From contig NC_086108.1 of the NCBI RefSeq assembly GCF_963921235.1, positions 90,460,001-90,524,000 of the forward strand: a stretch of 64,000 nt of DNA, in the 5' to 3' direction. The DNA comes from Mobula hypostoma (lineage: Eukaryota). The notes beneath the pieces were generated by a model, which searched no databases, was not told where the DNA came from, and saw nothing but the letters and a program-made list of their open reading frames with translations. A program made the position numbers and the translations under genes. This document shows, one piece after another, positions 1-13,388 of this stretch (its first letter is position 1; the number at the start of each line of letters is the position of its first letter).

Positions 1-255
1 ACAATGTGAACAGTATCGTTCCCAATACTGACCCCCCGAAGAACACCACTAGTCACTGACAGCCAACCAGAAAAAGCCCCCTTTATTCACACTTGCTGCC
101 TCCTGCTGGTCAGCTAATCCTCTATCCATACCAATATCTTTCCTGTAATGCCATGGGATTTTATCTTGTTCAGCAGCCTCGTGTGTCGCACCTTATCAAA
201 TGCCTTCTGAAAATCCAAGTAAATGCCATCCACTGGCTTTCCTTTGTCTGCTCTG
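1..255 (-). mobile_element. CR1 LINE reverse-transcriptase fragment (runs off window start)
   Basis: Reverse complement resembles the CR1 RT segment (AFDKV..., VTSGV.., GSVLG) and matches the copy at ~16190-16430. Confidence 0.75.
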
Positions 256-369
256 TTTGTCCACAGCATCTGTGGAGAGAGAAGAAAGAAAGCTGATGAT
301 ATTTAATCAGAACTTTCAGTTACCCTCTGAAATTGCCAAACAAGTTCAAGATTTGGAATAGGTAATAAA

Positions 370-852
370 GGAAAGAGGACCAGGTCGAGACAACAGAGAC
401 TTTTGGAGAAAAGGAGTACGGTGGGTAATACTGTTCCGGCTGACCAGAAGTGCACCGAGAACGGTAAGCGTAAAGGAGTTGGGTGCTTACTGATCTGGTT
501 AACAACGGGTGGTGCAATCCGGGGTATATTACGATCGAGGAACGTGTTTGCAGACAGGATATTGAACTTTTTACTGTTGGACTTCGGCCACATTCCACCG
601 TGATACAACACTTGGTGGCACGGGAGGTCGTTCCTGCCTGTGGCCATCGAACGTGCAGCTCCTCCCGTGGAGGGTCAGACACCCTGAGCCAATAGGCTGG
701 TCCTGGATTTACTTTCCATCTGGCATAGTTTGCATTTTGTTGTTTGATTGTTGGGGTTTTTTGTATTGCTATATTTACGCTCTATACTTGGTTGGTGCAG
801 CTGTAACGAAACCAAATTTCCCTCGGGATTAATAAAGTATATCTATATATCT
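370..852 (+). mobile_element. 5'-truncated non-autonomous Rex1/Babar-derived retroelement
   Basis: Close match to 39110-39722; ORF 483-695 LVNNGWCNPGYITIEERVC; 3' tail ccctcgggattaataaagtatatctat. Confidence 0.8.
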
Positions 853-1489
853 AAAGATTCGCCTTACCATGAATATGTGCCATTACAGTAAAACTGCAAT
901 TGCTTTAGGATCCAATCATTATCATCAGTAGCTTTCTTTGAGGTGGTGTTTCTACTGCAGTTAATTATCTTAAGATGCTTCACAGAAGCAATAATAAACC
1001 CTGGAGTTAGCCAAACTAAAATCTGTTGTTCAATCAAAAGTTGGCCATACAGATGTAATTTTATTGGTTCAACAATGTTTTTTTTCCTGAATTGGTGCCC
1101 CACCATTCCTTTAATCTTGCGGTAATGGTGTTCAGAGCCTGGTTAAGTATTAAGTGAAGATTTCATTTTATAAATTGAGAATAACTTGGCACATTATTTG
1201 CCACATCAAATGATTAATACTGCTATTTTCAATTAGCCAGATGAAATATTCATTGTCGTTATGCCCAACTAACTTAATCGAAGAGTCAAAAAATGTTAAA
1301 CACTTCACAAGGTCAAAATTTCTCCTTAATCTCGGAAGGATAAATTAACATAGCAATTTATACTGTTTAAAATGACTGACTCGACTGCAGAAGTAGCACC
1401 ACATCATTTCATTAACATTTTTTCCTTTCCTTATATTGTTCAATTTGTTCTTCATGTTGTAAATTATGAAAATTATGAAAATTGGTAGA

Positions 1490-2200
1490 GTTGCGAATTG
1501 AGAGGAAGATTGGAAATTTGACAGAGAAATGGCACATGGATTTAATCCAGACAAATATGAGGTGTTGCATTTTGGGAGGTCATATGTAAAAGGAAAGGAT
1601 ACAGGACCCTTAAGGGCATAGATGTACTGAAGGATCTTGGGTTGCAGCAATACCATCGTTTAAAAAAAAAGCTATATGGAATATCTGCCTTCATTTGTTG
1701 GGGCATTGAGTTTATAAGTTGTGAAGTCATGTGGCATCTATATAAAACTTTGATTAGGCCACATTTGGAGAATTGTGTGCTGTTGCAGTTGCTGTATTGC
1801 AGAAATGATGTGAAGGCTTCGGAGAGGATGCCGAAGAGATTCACCAGGCTGAAGCTTGGATTGGAGAGTATTAAATATAAGGAGAATTTGGACAAATGTG
1901 TATTGTTTTCTCTGGCATGTTGGAGGCTGAGGGGCTGACTTGATCTACGTATATAAGATTATGGAAGGTATAGATGGGGAGTCAGAATCTTTTGCCAAAA
2001 TAGAAATGTCAAATACTACAGGGCATACTGTAGTTTTAAGGGAGACAGAGGAAGTTTAAAGTAGATGTATAAGGCAAGTATTTTTACTCAGGGAGTGATG
2101 TGTGCTGGAATGGATTGCCATTGAGGTGGTAGAAGCAGATACAATAGCAGGTTTAAGAGCCATTTAGTCAGACACAAAACAAAAAGGGAATAGAATGATT
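1490..2200 (+). mobile_element. Old CR1 LINE 3' fragment
   Basis: Degenerate KW...FNPDK.EVLHFGR and LYKTLIRPHLENC..RFTR motifs (ORF 1642-1938). Confidence 0.85.
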
Positions 2201-2486
2201 TTTCAATCACTTTGTATTAAATAGACCTTGAAGTTCGTTTTGTTCTAATTATGTAAGAAACAGAAAGTTGTAATAGTAGGGGATTTTAACTTTCCACATA
2301 TTGACTGGGACTCCCACACTGTGAGAGGGCTGGATGGCTTGGAGTTTGTCAAATGTGTTCAGGAAACTAAATCAATATATAGAGGTACCAACGAGAGAGG
2401 ATGCAGCATTTGATCTCCTATTAGGGAACCAGACAGGTCAGATGTCAGTAGTAGGCATTTTGGGTCCAGTGACCATAATGTCATTA

Positions 2487-2800
2487 AAGGCATCTATTAG
2501 TCTTGCGAGACTATGGATCTGCGCCTGGAAAGTCTTCACTCTCCAGGGCACAGGCCTGGGCAGGATTGTATGGAAGACCAGCAGTTGCCCATGCTGCAGG
2601 TCTCCCCTCTCCTCTCCATGACACCAATGTTGTCCAAGGGAAGGGCATTAGGACCCATACAGCTTGGCACCAGTGTCGTTGCAGAGCAATGTGTGATTAA
2701 GTGCCTTGCTCAAGGACACAACATGTTCCCTCGGCTGGGGCTCAAACTCATGACCTTCAGGTGGCAAGTCCAATGCCTTAACCACTTGGCCACGTGCCCT
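2487..2800 (-). mobile_element. tRNA-derived SINE
   Basis: Reverse complement starts gcacgTGGCCAAGTGGttaaggc (A-box-like) ...GAGTTTGAGCC (B-box-like); TSD cataatgtcatta 2474-2486 / cacaatgtcatta 2801-2813; second copy at 20104. Confidence 0.9.
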
Positions 2801-4014
2801 CACAATGTCATTAGTTTCAGGTTAATGATGGATAAAGATAGACCTGGTCCTCGAGTTGAGTTTCTAAATTGGAGAAAGGCCAATTTTGTGGAGATGAGAA
2901 AGGACCTAGGAAGAGTGGGATAAGTTGTTTTCTGGCAAGGATGTGTTTGGTGAGTGGAAAACCTTCAAAGGCAAGATTTTGAGAGTGCAGAGTTTGCATG
3001 TTCCTGCCAGGATTAAAGGCAAAGTTAACAGGCATAGGGAACCTTGGTTTTCAAGAGATATTGGTGATCTGGTTAACAAAAAGAGAGAGGTGTATAGCAA
3101 GTATAGGCAACTAGGAACAAATGAGGTATTTGAAGAGTATAGGAAGTGTAAGAAAATACTAAAGAAGGAAATCAGGAAGGCAAAAAGAAGACATGAGGTT
3201 GCTTTGGCAGATAATGTGAAGGTAAACCCGAAGGGTTTCTACAAATATATTAAGAGTAAAAGGATAGAAGGGACAAAATTGGTCCCCTAGAAGATCAGAG
3301 TGGTCATCTATGTGTGGAGCCTCACGAGATGGGGGAGATCTTAAACAGTATTTTTTGCATCGGTATTCACTCAGGAAACTGGCATAGTGTATATGGAAGG
3401 AAGGGAAACAAACAGTAGTGTCATGGAACATATAGAGATTAAAGAGGAGGAGGTGCTTGCTGCCTTACAGCGAATAAAGGTAGATAAATCCCCCGGGGCT
3501 GACAGGATATTTCCTTGGACATTGAGAGAGACTAGTGTAGAAATTACCAGGGCCCTGGCAGAAATATTCAAAATGTCCTTAGTCACTGGTGCGGTGCCTG
3601 AGGACTGGAGTGTGGTTCATATTGTTTCGTTGTTTAAAAAAGGCTCTAAAAGTAAACCAGGTAATTACAAACCAATGATCCTGACATCAGTAGTAAGTAA
3701 GTTATTAGAAGGTGTTCTGAGAGATCGGATATACAAGTATTTGGACAACCAAGGGCTGATTAAGGATGGTCAGCATGGCTTTGTGCATGGTAGGTCATGT
3801 TTAACGAATCTTGTAGAGTTTTTTGAGGAGGTTACAAAGAAAGTAGATGAGGGAAAGGCTGCGGATGTTGTCTACATGGACTTTAATAAGGCCTTTGACA
3901 AGGTCCCACATGGGAGGTTATTTCAGAAGGTTCAGACACTTGGGTATCCATGGAGAAGTTGTAAACTGGATTTGAAATTGGCTGTGTGGGGGAAGACAGA
4001 GAATAGTAGTGGAT

Positions 4015-4142
4015 CAACACATGCAAAAAATGCCAGGGTTGACTGTACCTCTTCCTATAGATGCTGCCTGGCCTGCTGAATTCACCAGCATTTTTTGTGT
4101 GTGTTGCTTGAATTTCCAGCATCTGCAGATTTCCTCGTGTGT
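4015..4142. mobile_element. Penelope-like element terminal (pLTR) fragment inserted in CR1
   Basis: gatgctgcctggcctgctgaattcaccagc..ttgaatttccagcatctgcag shared with copies at 25027, 33350, 37536 and 58683. Confidence 0.75.
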
Positions 4143-5199
4143 GAGTGGTGTGCATAATTGCTTCTCAGACTGGAGGCCTGTGACTAGTGGTGTGCCTCAG
4201 GGATCTGTGTTGGGACCATTGTTGTTTGTTGTCTATATCAATGATCTAGGTGAAAATGTAGAAAATTGGATAAGCAAGTTTGCTGATGACACTAAGATTG
4301 GAGGCGTTGTGGACAGCGAGGAAGGCTTTCAAAGCTTGCAGAGGGATCTGGACGAGCTGGAAAAATGGGCTCGAAAATGGCAGATGGAATTTAATGCAGT
4401 CAAGTGTGAGGTGTTGAATTTTGGAAGGACAAATCAAGGTAGGACATACACAGTAAATGGTAGGGCACTGAGGAGTGCAGAGAAACAAAGGGATCTGGGA
4501 ATTCAGATACATAATTCCCTAAAAATGGCATCACAGATGGACAGGGTGGTAAAGAAGGCTTTTGGCATCCTGGTGTTCATAAATCAAAGTATTGAGTATA
4601 GGAGTTCGGATGTTATGGCGAGGTTGTATAAGACATTGGTGAGGCCAAATTTGGAATATTGTGTGCAGTTCTGGTCACCTAACTATAGGAAGGATTTCAG
4701 TATGATTGAAAGTGTGCAGAGAAGATTTACTAGGATGTTGCCAGGTCTTTAAGACATGAGTTACAGGGAAAGATTGAACAGGTCAGGACTTTATTCCTTG
4801 GAGCGTAGAAGAATGAGGGGAGATTTGATAAAGGTTTACAAAATAATAAGGGGTATAGACAGAATAAATGTGAATAGGCTCTTTCCACTTAGATTAGGAG
4901 AGACAAATACGAGAGGACATGGCTTTAGGGTGAAAGGGGAAAGGTTTAGGGGGAACATTAGGGGGAAATTCTTCACTCAGAGAGCGGTGGGAGTGTGGAA
5001 CGAGCTGCCATCTGACGTGGTAAATGCTGGCTCATCTTGCGTTTTAAGAACAAATTGGATAGATACATGGATGGGAGAGGTCTGGAGGGTTATAGACTGG
5101 GAGTGGGTCAATGGGTCTAGCGGAATAAAGTTTCGGCACAGATTAGAAGGGCCGAATTGCCTGCTTTTTGTGCTGTAGTGTTCTTTGATTCTGTGATGT

Positions 5200-5430
5200 T
5201 TCTTGTAAAAATTGTGTAATTATGTTCAGTTTCATTTTTTTCTTGTGAATGCTATTTATTTAATGCTATGTGTCTGAGAGTTTTTCATTGCACCTGAGCA
5301 TACATGTACTCGTGCATATAACAATGAACATAACTATGACTTTTACTCGGATGCCCGCAAGAAAATGTATCTCAGGGTTGTGTATAGTGACTTGTCTGTA
5401 CTTTGATAATAAATTTACTTTGAACTTTGA
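5200..5430 (+). mobile_element. Short LINE 3'-tail remnants (Rex1/Babar-type)
   Basis: gcccgcaagaaaatgtatctcagggttgt..tttgaactttga tail also present at 14020-14086. Confidence 0.6.
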
Positions 5431-5878
5431 TACAGACTGTGCACAGAAAAATGGGACTCATTTAAATTGCCATTATGGTCAGTATAGACGCACTGTGTGG
5501 GCTGAAGTGATTGTTCATGTGCTGTATGTTCCATGTTCTACATCCTGATTCATGATAAATTGGTGTGAGATATCCAATATGTGTTGGAACTTTTTGAGAA
5601 GCTCGCCACACTTGATGGCCCTGCAATTTCCTTTGCTATATTGTCTGGACCTGGCCTGGTGTTCGTACTTGATACGTATGGATGCCTGCCCACACTGACC
5701 TATCCCAGATGGACTGACCCTCTACACCTGTGAGGCAGAGTGAGTTCTGTGAGGTGACTGGGCCATGGAAGTCATATCCTGAAGTTCAATCCTGCAATAA
5801 CCAAATGGCTTTAATAGCTCAGTACTGTCAAAGGTTTTTGAGTAGATTAAAAATGTCTTTGATTGTCAGCTGAATGTA

Positions 5879-6408
5879 CACTCAGTGACCACTTTATTAA
5901 GTACATTTGTACAACTCCTGAATGCAAATATCTAACCAGTCCATCATGTGGCAGCAACTCAATGCAGACATAGTCAAGTGGTTTAGTTTTGTTCAGACCA
6001 AACATCTGAATGGGGAAGAAATGTGATCTAAGTAACTTTGACCATAGAATGATTGTAGATGCCAGATGTGGGTGGCTTGTCTAGCTCAGAAACTGCTGAT
6101 ATCCTGGGATTTTCATGAAAATAGTTTGTAGAGTTTGCAGAGAATGGTGCGATAAACAAAAAACAATCCAGTGAGTAATAGTTCTGTGGGCAAAATGTCT
6201 TGTTAGAGGAGAATGGTCAGACTGGTTCAAGCTGACAGGTAAGCTCAAGTAACTCAGATAAACATGTTTCAACAGTGGTGTGCAGAAGAGCAACTCTAAA
6301 TGCAGAACACATCATACTTCGAAGTTGATGGGCTACAGTAGCAGAAAACCATAAACATGCTCTCTGTAGCTACTTTATTATGAGGTACCTAATAAAGTAT
6401 CCTCTGTC
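5879..6408. mobile_element. Non-autonomous Tc1/mariner-type element
   Basis: TA + cactcagtgaccactttattaagtac at the left end; degenerate inverted gtacctaataaagt... at the right end; internal Tc1-like remnants. Confidence 0.65.
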
Positions 6409-9284
6409 TATAACTTGAGGCCAGGTATGAAGTGCATTGACCCATTTCTTCATCGTGGATGCACTTTAGCATTGTGTTCATTGGTGAGATATCAGGCTAA
6501 CCTCTAACCCATCTCGGACTTCTGCATTTGACCAAACATTCATGGAGACTGAAGATGAAAAAATTCACAAATGGCTGACAGCTGTCAGTTCCCAACAGAA
6601 TGACTGGTTGTCATGCAGTTAAATTCATCTGTATCAAGGGCAAAAGTTTCTGAATTTACATAGTCAATGTAAATTAGCACTAGAAAGTTGATTTAAATAT
6701 AGTCAGTCAAATAAACTGTGTGATCAATTATATTATATCAATAACAAAGAGCGCAATTTTCTATCTCCCCACAGAGTTGTTAATCCCTCTTGTTCATCTC
6801 AGCTGCATTAGTGGAGAGTATAACACATCATTTCTGTTTCTTTCATGTATACTTAAATGCGAAGAAATTGAGGAGAGACTATCACAGCCAGTCTGTTTAA
6901 CAATACAAATACACATTTGTGCTATGTCTGCCACAGTCACGTGTGATGAAAATTGGCAGGGAAGTTTGTGGAATGAATGATACAAACATGAAGCGCCAGG
7001 GGAGATGGGCATAGTCCCAGGAGAAGGACAGTGTTCTCAAGAACTTTAAAGAGAAATAAAGGTGAGAGTTCTAGAGACTAAGGGTGTCTTCTTTTTTTGA
7101 TGAGGTGTGATAATGCTGGATTTGAACAGTGCCTGAAGCGAACAAAGCTTAATTCACTGTCAGCTGTGTAGGATACAAGAGGAACTGATCAAAGCTTTTG
7201 GAAAAACATTCATTCTAATAAGTATATTTACACTATGAAGTGTAAAATATTCCTCAAAGTTGTGGAAGCATTGTGCTTTAACTCTAGCAAAACTGTTGTA
7301 CGTTTTGACATTGAATCCTAGAATTGAATGGCATATTGATCCTTCTGAATAGATCCTTGTCTGTACTTCAAGCCCAATGGGTGATGCAGACATTCTCATT
7401 AGATTGTGTTAGTCCATCTGGCAGTGAGGTAATGGTTGTTTGAAACCCAAAGGACATTACAAAGGTTTTGATTTTCATTTATGAGAGACATGTGTACATT
7501 GATTCTGAACTAGGTGATTGCAATTTACTGAAGTGAAGCAGCTGAACTCGGTATTGCTTTGAGGTGAAAATCAGAACAGACATTAGAGTGCCTCTGGCAA
7601 TTCAGTATGAAAAATTATGGAAGTATTTGTCTTAGACTGCTGTTTCTGTGAACAAACATGACTGGCTGATTGTCTACCAAAATAAATATAATTCAGTTCT
7701 GAAAGTCATATAAAATTTATGTAGTATGGGGACTAAAATCAAATATTATCCCTTCAGAATTGTGGCGATCTCTATATACCGTGTCTGCTTTTTAAGGAAA
7801 AATATATTTTCCCATAATTGTAAGGTCGTTGTCCCCACATGTTTGAAAGTAAATGAATCCATGTGGAAATGCATTTTGCATTCTCAAAGTGGCTTTTCAC
7901 ATAATTGAAGAAATTTACAGAACAAAGTTGGCAATTCAGACCACTCTTTCAGTTGCTCTGGAGCAAGTATCTAGCTTAATCCAATTTGGTCAGTAATCTG
8001 GTGCATGTACAAGAATTATTTTAATGCATTGAGAGCTTCTGCCTCTGTTACTACTTCAAGCAGTATTTCAGCTCTGTTCACCTTTTTTCCTTTTCTTATC
8101 ATGTGCCAATTACATTAAACCTCTGCTGAAGGATATCGGTCCTACTTATCTACACAATGCATACTGTATAAGAATTTAGCCAGTATTTTTAAGTGAAAAT
8201 AATCCAGTCATTTCAGAGTTTGGGAGTATATCCTGCCATCTACAACAATTCTGTGTAGGTCCGTCCACCACTCACAGTGGTTTGAGAAGTCAAACCATCA
8301 TAATCTGTTCAAGAATGATTAGGGGAAAAAAAACAAAATTTGGGTTTATAACCAACAACCTCATCCTGAAAATGAATTGGAAAGAAATATTTTGTAATCT
8401 TCTTTGAATCATTCCTAGTGTAATTGATTACTTTTTTCTTGTGTAGTATTGTCCGCAGTGCTCTGATTGTGGGCCAATTAGTTATTCAAACACAAAATAC
8501 TCATAATGTTGGGGATCTGAGGTTAATGTGTTACTGGTACTCAGCAGGTTGGGCAGCATGTAAGGAAGATGGGGAGCCTATCTTTCTTGTTGTATTTGGA
8601 AGTTTGCGGACTTAAATTCCACTCTCCTTCTATCCTTTGCGTGTCCTACCATTTAGAGAATATGTCCTGATTCTTGCCAATCTACTTGTCTTCTCTCAAT
8701 GTCTCTCGGAATGCATCACTTTTGCATTGGATTGCATGCATCACTTTTCTACCTAACTGCCCAGTCCACGGGCATCTTTGGACAGCCAAACCTTCTCTAT
8801 CTTGCTCTCAATTACATGAACAGTATTAGTTTTGTCAGTGAACTGCTTAATCATGCCTCAAATGGATGCCTAAATTATTGGGTGTACAGATATTAAGGCA
8901 ATCAGCCCTGTCGAACATCGTTGACACAGCTGTATTATCAGTTGAGTACAATATTTTGTTTCCTTCCACTGAGACAACTTTAGATTCAACTTGCTATTTT
9001 TCTATCAATGGGAATACAATTTGCGATATGGGATCTAGCTAAAATTTATGTAGACAGGGAGGAAATTCTCTATCCTCATTGACCTCACCACGCTTTCAAA
9101 AAATGCAATCAAATTTGTCAGACATGACCTTTAACAAATCTCTGCCAACTGATTTTGACTAATGTGCCTTTCTAAATGGTAATTAGCACTGTCCATCACA
9201 CACTTCTGTGCTAATTTTCCCACCACTGATGTGTGGCTGACTGGCTTGTTACTGTTTGGTCCACTCTGCTGACAACACCTCTGT

Positions 9285-10025
9285 CATCACATTCAAGTTT
9301 ACAGACAACACCACTGTCGTAGACCGCGCCAAAGGAGGTGATGAATCAGCATATAGGAGGGAGATTGAAAATCTAGCTGAGTGGTGCCTTAACAACAACC
9401 TCATAGTCAATGTCAGCAAGACCAAGGAGCCGAATATTTACCTTAGGAGAGGAAGAAAGAGGTCCATGAGTCAGTCCTCGTCGGAGGATCAGAGGTGGAG
9501 AGGGTCAGCAGCTTTAAATATGTTGGTGTTGTTATTTCAGAAAAATACTTGGTAGTGCCACTACTTCCTTGGGAGTTTGTGAAGATTCGGCATGACATCT
9601 TAAAATTTTGACACTCTTTTAGTGGAGAGAATATTGACTGATCATTGCCTGGTATGGAAACACCAATACCCTTGAAGAGAAATTGCAACAAAAAATAGTG
9701 TATACAGCCCTGTCCATCACCGGTAAAGCACTCCCCACCACTGAGCGTATCTACATGAAATTCCTTCGCAGGAAGGCAGCATCCATCACCTCGGACAGAC
9801 TCTCTACTTACTGCTGCAATCAGAAAGAAAGTACAGGAGCCTCGAGATTCACACCATCAGATCAGGAACAGTTACTACTCTTGAATCGTCAGGCTCTTGA
9901 GCCAATGGGGATAACTTAACTTACCCCATCATTGAAATGTTCCCACAACCAAAGAACTCACTTTCAAGGACTGTTCACCTCATGTTCTCGATATTTATTG
10001 CTTAATTATTTATTATTTTTCTTTT
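9285..10025 (+). mobile_element. Rex1/Babar LINE RT-3' fragment
   Basis: KFTDNTTVV..GDESAYRREIENLAEWC.NNNL..NVSKTKE (ORF 9256-9555), typical Rex1 RT. Confidence 0.85.
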
Positions 10026-10026
10026 A

Positions 10027-11700
10027 GAGCCAAAGAGTCACAGTAAAGTATAGCAGAGGAACAAGCCCTTTGGCCCATCTAGTCTATGACAAATCATTGA
10101 CATGAACCCAGACAACCACCATCCTTACCCTAATATCTATGTACCTATCCAAACTGAAATATTGAACTCAAGCTCACATGCACCACTTGTGCTGGCAGCT
10201 CGTTCCACACTCTCATGTCCCTCTAAGTAAAGAAGTTTTCCATTGTTCACCTTAAACAGTTCACCTTTCACCCATAACTCATGACCTCTGGTTGTTGTCC
10301 CATTCAACCTCAGTGGAAAAAGCCTACTTGCATTTACCCTATCTATACCCCTCATAATTCTATCAAATCTTCCCTCAATCTTCTACATTCCTAACCTATT
10401 CAATCTTTCCTATTACTCAGGTCCTTCTGTCCTGGCAACATCATTGTAACTTTTCTCTGTACACTTTCAACCTTATTTACGTCTGTCCTTGAGGTAAAAA
10501 CTGCACATAGTACTCAAAATTCAGCCACACCAGTGTCTTATACAACATCAACATAACATCCCATCTCCTGCACTCAATGTTGTGATTTATGAAGGCTATG
10601 TGCCAAAAGCTTTCTTTATGACCCTATCTACCTGTGTTGCCACTTCCAATGAATTCTGGACCTGTATTCCCGGATCCCTTTGTTCTACCACACTCCTCAG
10701 TGCTCTCCCATTTATTGTGTAAGACCTATCCTGGTTGGTCCTACCAAAGTGCAACACCTCGCACTTGTCTGCATTAAATTCCATCTCCCATTTTTCAGCC
10801 CGTTATCCCAGCTGGTCCACATCCCACTGCAAGCTCTGATAGTTCTCCTCGCTATCCACTATATCCCCAATGTTAGTGACATCTGCAAATTTGCTGATCC
10901 AGTTTACCTTATTATCATCCAATTCATTGATATAGATGACAAACAACAACGGATCCAGTGCCAACCCCTGTGGCACTCCACTACTCATTGGCTTCCAGTT
11001 GGAGAGGCAACCTTCTACTACCACTCTCTGGCTTTCCCCCCAATGCCAATGTCTAATCCAATTTACTACCTTATCTTGAATGCTGAGCCACAGAACCTTC
11101 CTGAATAACTTCCCCTGTGGGACCTTGTCAAGTGCCTTGCTAAAGTTCATGTAGACCACATAGACTGCCTTGCCTTCATCAACTTTCCTGGTAATTTCCT
11201 TGAAAAATTCTATAAAATTGGACATGACCTACCACGTACAAAGCCATGCCCTAATCAGTCCCTATCTATCCAAATACTCATATATCCAGTCCCTTGGAAT
11301 ACCTTCCAATAACTTTCCCACTACTGATGTCAGGCTCACTGGCCTATAATTTCAAGGTTTAATTTTAGAGACTTTCTTAAACAGTGGAAAACATTAACTA
11401 TCATCCAATTCTCTGGTACCTCACCTTTCACTAAGGATGATTTCAATTTCTCCGCTGGGGCCCCTGCAATTTCTGCACTTGCCTCTCGTAGGGTCTGAGG
11501 GAACACCTTCTTGGGCCCTGGGAATTTACCTCAAGACAGAAAATGCCGCCTCCTCTGTAAACTGTATATTGTACATGACCTCACTGTTGCTTTGCCTTAC
11601 ATCTAAGGAGTCTTGTCTGTCTCCCGAGTAAATACAGATGCATATGATATATTTAAGATCTTCCCCCATATTGTTTAGTTCAGTGCATAGGTTGCCATAC
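10027..11700 (-). mobile_element. CR1 LINE RT-3' fragment
   Basis: Minus-strand ORFs 10137-11225: FFKEITRKVDEGKAV, GVPQG, KFADVT, MEFNADKCEVLHFGR. Confidence 0.92.
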
Positions 11701-12702
11701 CATTTTGTATTTGCACAGTTTGTTGTCTTTTGAAAACTGGTTGAACACCAAGTTGGTGCAGTCTTTCATTGATCCTGGCATGGTTAATATTCAATGGATT
11801 TTGGTAGCAGTGTACATTTCACCTCAGGCCAATGTCAAATAGGCTCTAGACATGAAACTGCATGCCCCAATGCCTTCTCCATCATTTTGGGGACGTTTAA
11901 CAAGGGCAGCTTGAAAAATTCTCTAAATGATTATTAATAACAAATCACTTATGGTACCAGAGGAAACAGCTGACTGGACCACTGTTATAATACCATCGAG
12001 AGTGCATACTATGCTAACCCACCCCCGCACTTTGCAAAGTCTTATCACCTAACTGTACTCTCTGAGTATAGGCAGAGGCTGAAGACTGTAGCACCAGTAA
12101 TAAAGACCGAGAAGTTAAGGACAGGGAAGGCACAGGAGCACTTACAGGACTGCTTTGAATCAGTATTCAGGGGTTCATCTTTGAGTCTGAATGAGTACAC
12201 CATAGCTGTAACTGACTTCATTAAAAACTTTGTGGATGAGTGTGTGCCTACGAGAACATGCTGTACATACACAAATCAAAAGCCGTAGATGAACCAGGAA
12301 GTTTGTAGACTACTGAGAGCTAGAGCTGTGGCATTTAATTCTGGTGACCCAGGTCTATATAAGTTAAGATTTGCAGAGGGCTATTTCAAGAGTAAGAAAC
12401 AATTCTGAGCGAGTTTGAAGGCAACATTGGATGCACATCAACTCTGACAGGGTTTGCAGGCTGTTACTTCCCACAAAGTGAAACCCAACGTCATGAATGG
12501 CAGAGATGCTTCACTCCCAGACAAGCTCAATGCCTTTTATGCTTGCATTGACAGAGGGAAAAAAACTACAGCTTGGAGGATCTCTGTAGCACCCGTTGAC
12601 CCTGTGATTTCTATCTTGGAGGCTGACATCAGGCTGTCTTTCGGGGGGGAGGGGGGAGTGAACCCTCACAAAGTGGCAGGTCCCAGTGGAGTTCCTGGTA
12701 AG

Positions 12703-12995
12703 TTCCTGCTGTCCAAGTTGCATGCCATCTTGGACAATGTCTTCCATCCACTACATACCACAGAGTGTCATAGGAAGTCATTCCTGCCTGTGGCCATCAA
12801 ACTTTACAACTCCTCCCTTGGAGGGTCAGACACCCTGAGCCAATAGGCTGGTCCTGGACTTATTTCATAATTTACTGGCATAACTTACATAGTACTATTT
12901 AACTATTTATGGTTTTATTACTATTTAATTATTTATGGTGCAACTGTAACGAAAATCAATTTCCCCCGGGATCAATAAAATATGACTATGACTAT
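12703..12995 (+). mobile_element. 5'-truncated Rex1/Babar 3' end inserted in Rex1 copy
   Basis: LSKLHAILDN..HPLH..RKSFLPVAIKLYNSS; tail gggatcaataaa(atgact)n; TSD gtaag 12698-12702 / 12996-13000. Confidence 0.85.
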
Positions 12996-13388
12996 GTAAG
13001 GCTCTGAAAACTTCTACAGATGTACTGCAGAGAGCACTCTCACTGGCTGCTTCAACGTCTGGTATGGAGGTTGCTACTGCAGAGAGTTGTAAAGTTAGTC
13101 AGCTCCACCATGGGCATGAGCCTCCATAGTATCCAAAACACCTTCAAGCAGTGATGCCTCAGAAAGACGGTGTCTGTCATTAAGAACTTCCACCACCCAG
13201 AACATGCACTCTTCTCATTTACCATCAGGATGGAGGTACATAAGCCTTCATAAACATTTCTGAATGGACATTGAATCCATGAGCACTACCTCACTATGTT
13301 TTTATACCTGTCTTTTTGCACTACTTATTGAATTTAACTACTTGATATATACTTAGTGTAATTCCTAGTTTTTCTCTAGATTATCATG

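Larger units (their letters stand above)
2255..5195 (+). mobile_element. CR1 LINE (APE C-terminal part, RT, 3' tail), frameshifted, with two internal insertions
   Basis: GDFNFP, DKSPG.D, NYKP..LTSVV.K, QHGF..GRSCLTNL, GVPQGSVLGP, KFADDTK, RPNLEYCVQFW in ORFs 2925-5178. Confidence 0.95.

Noticed and set aside
2700..2800. tRNA gene (also ~20105-20165)
   Set aside because: The tRNA-like head continues into a ~300-bp SINE body with TSDs; no intact cloverleaf
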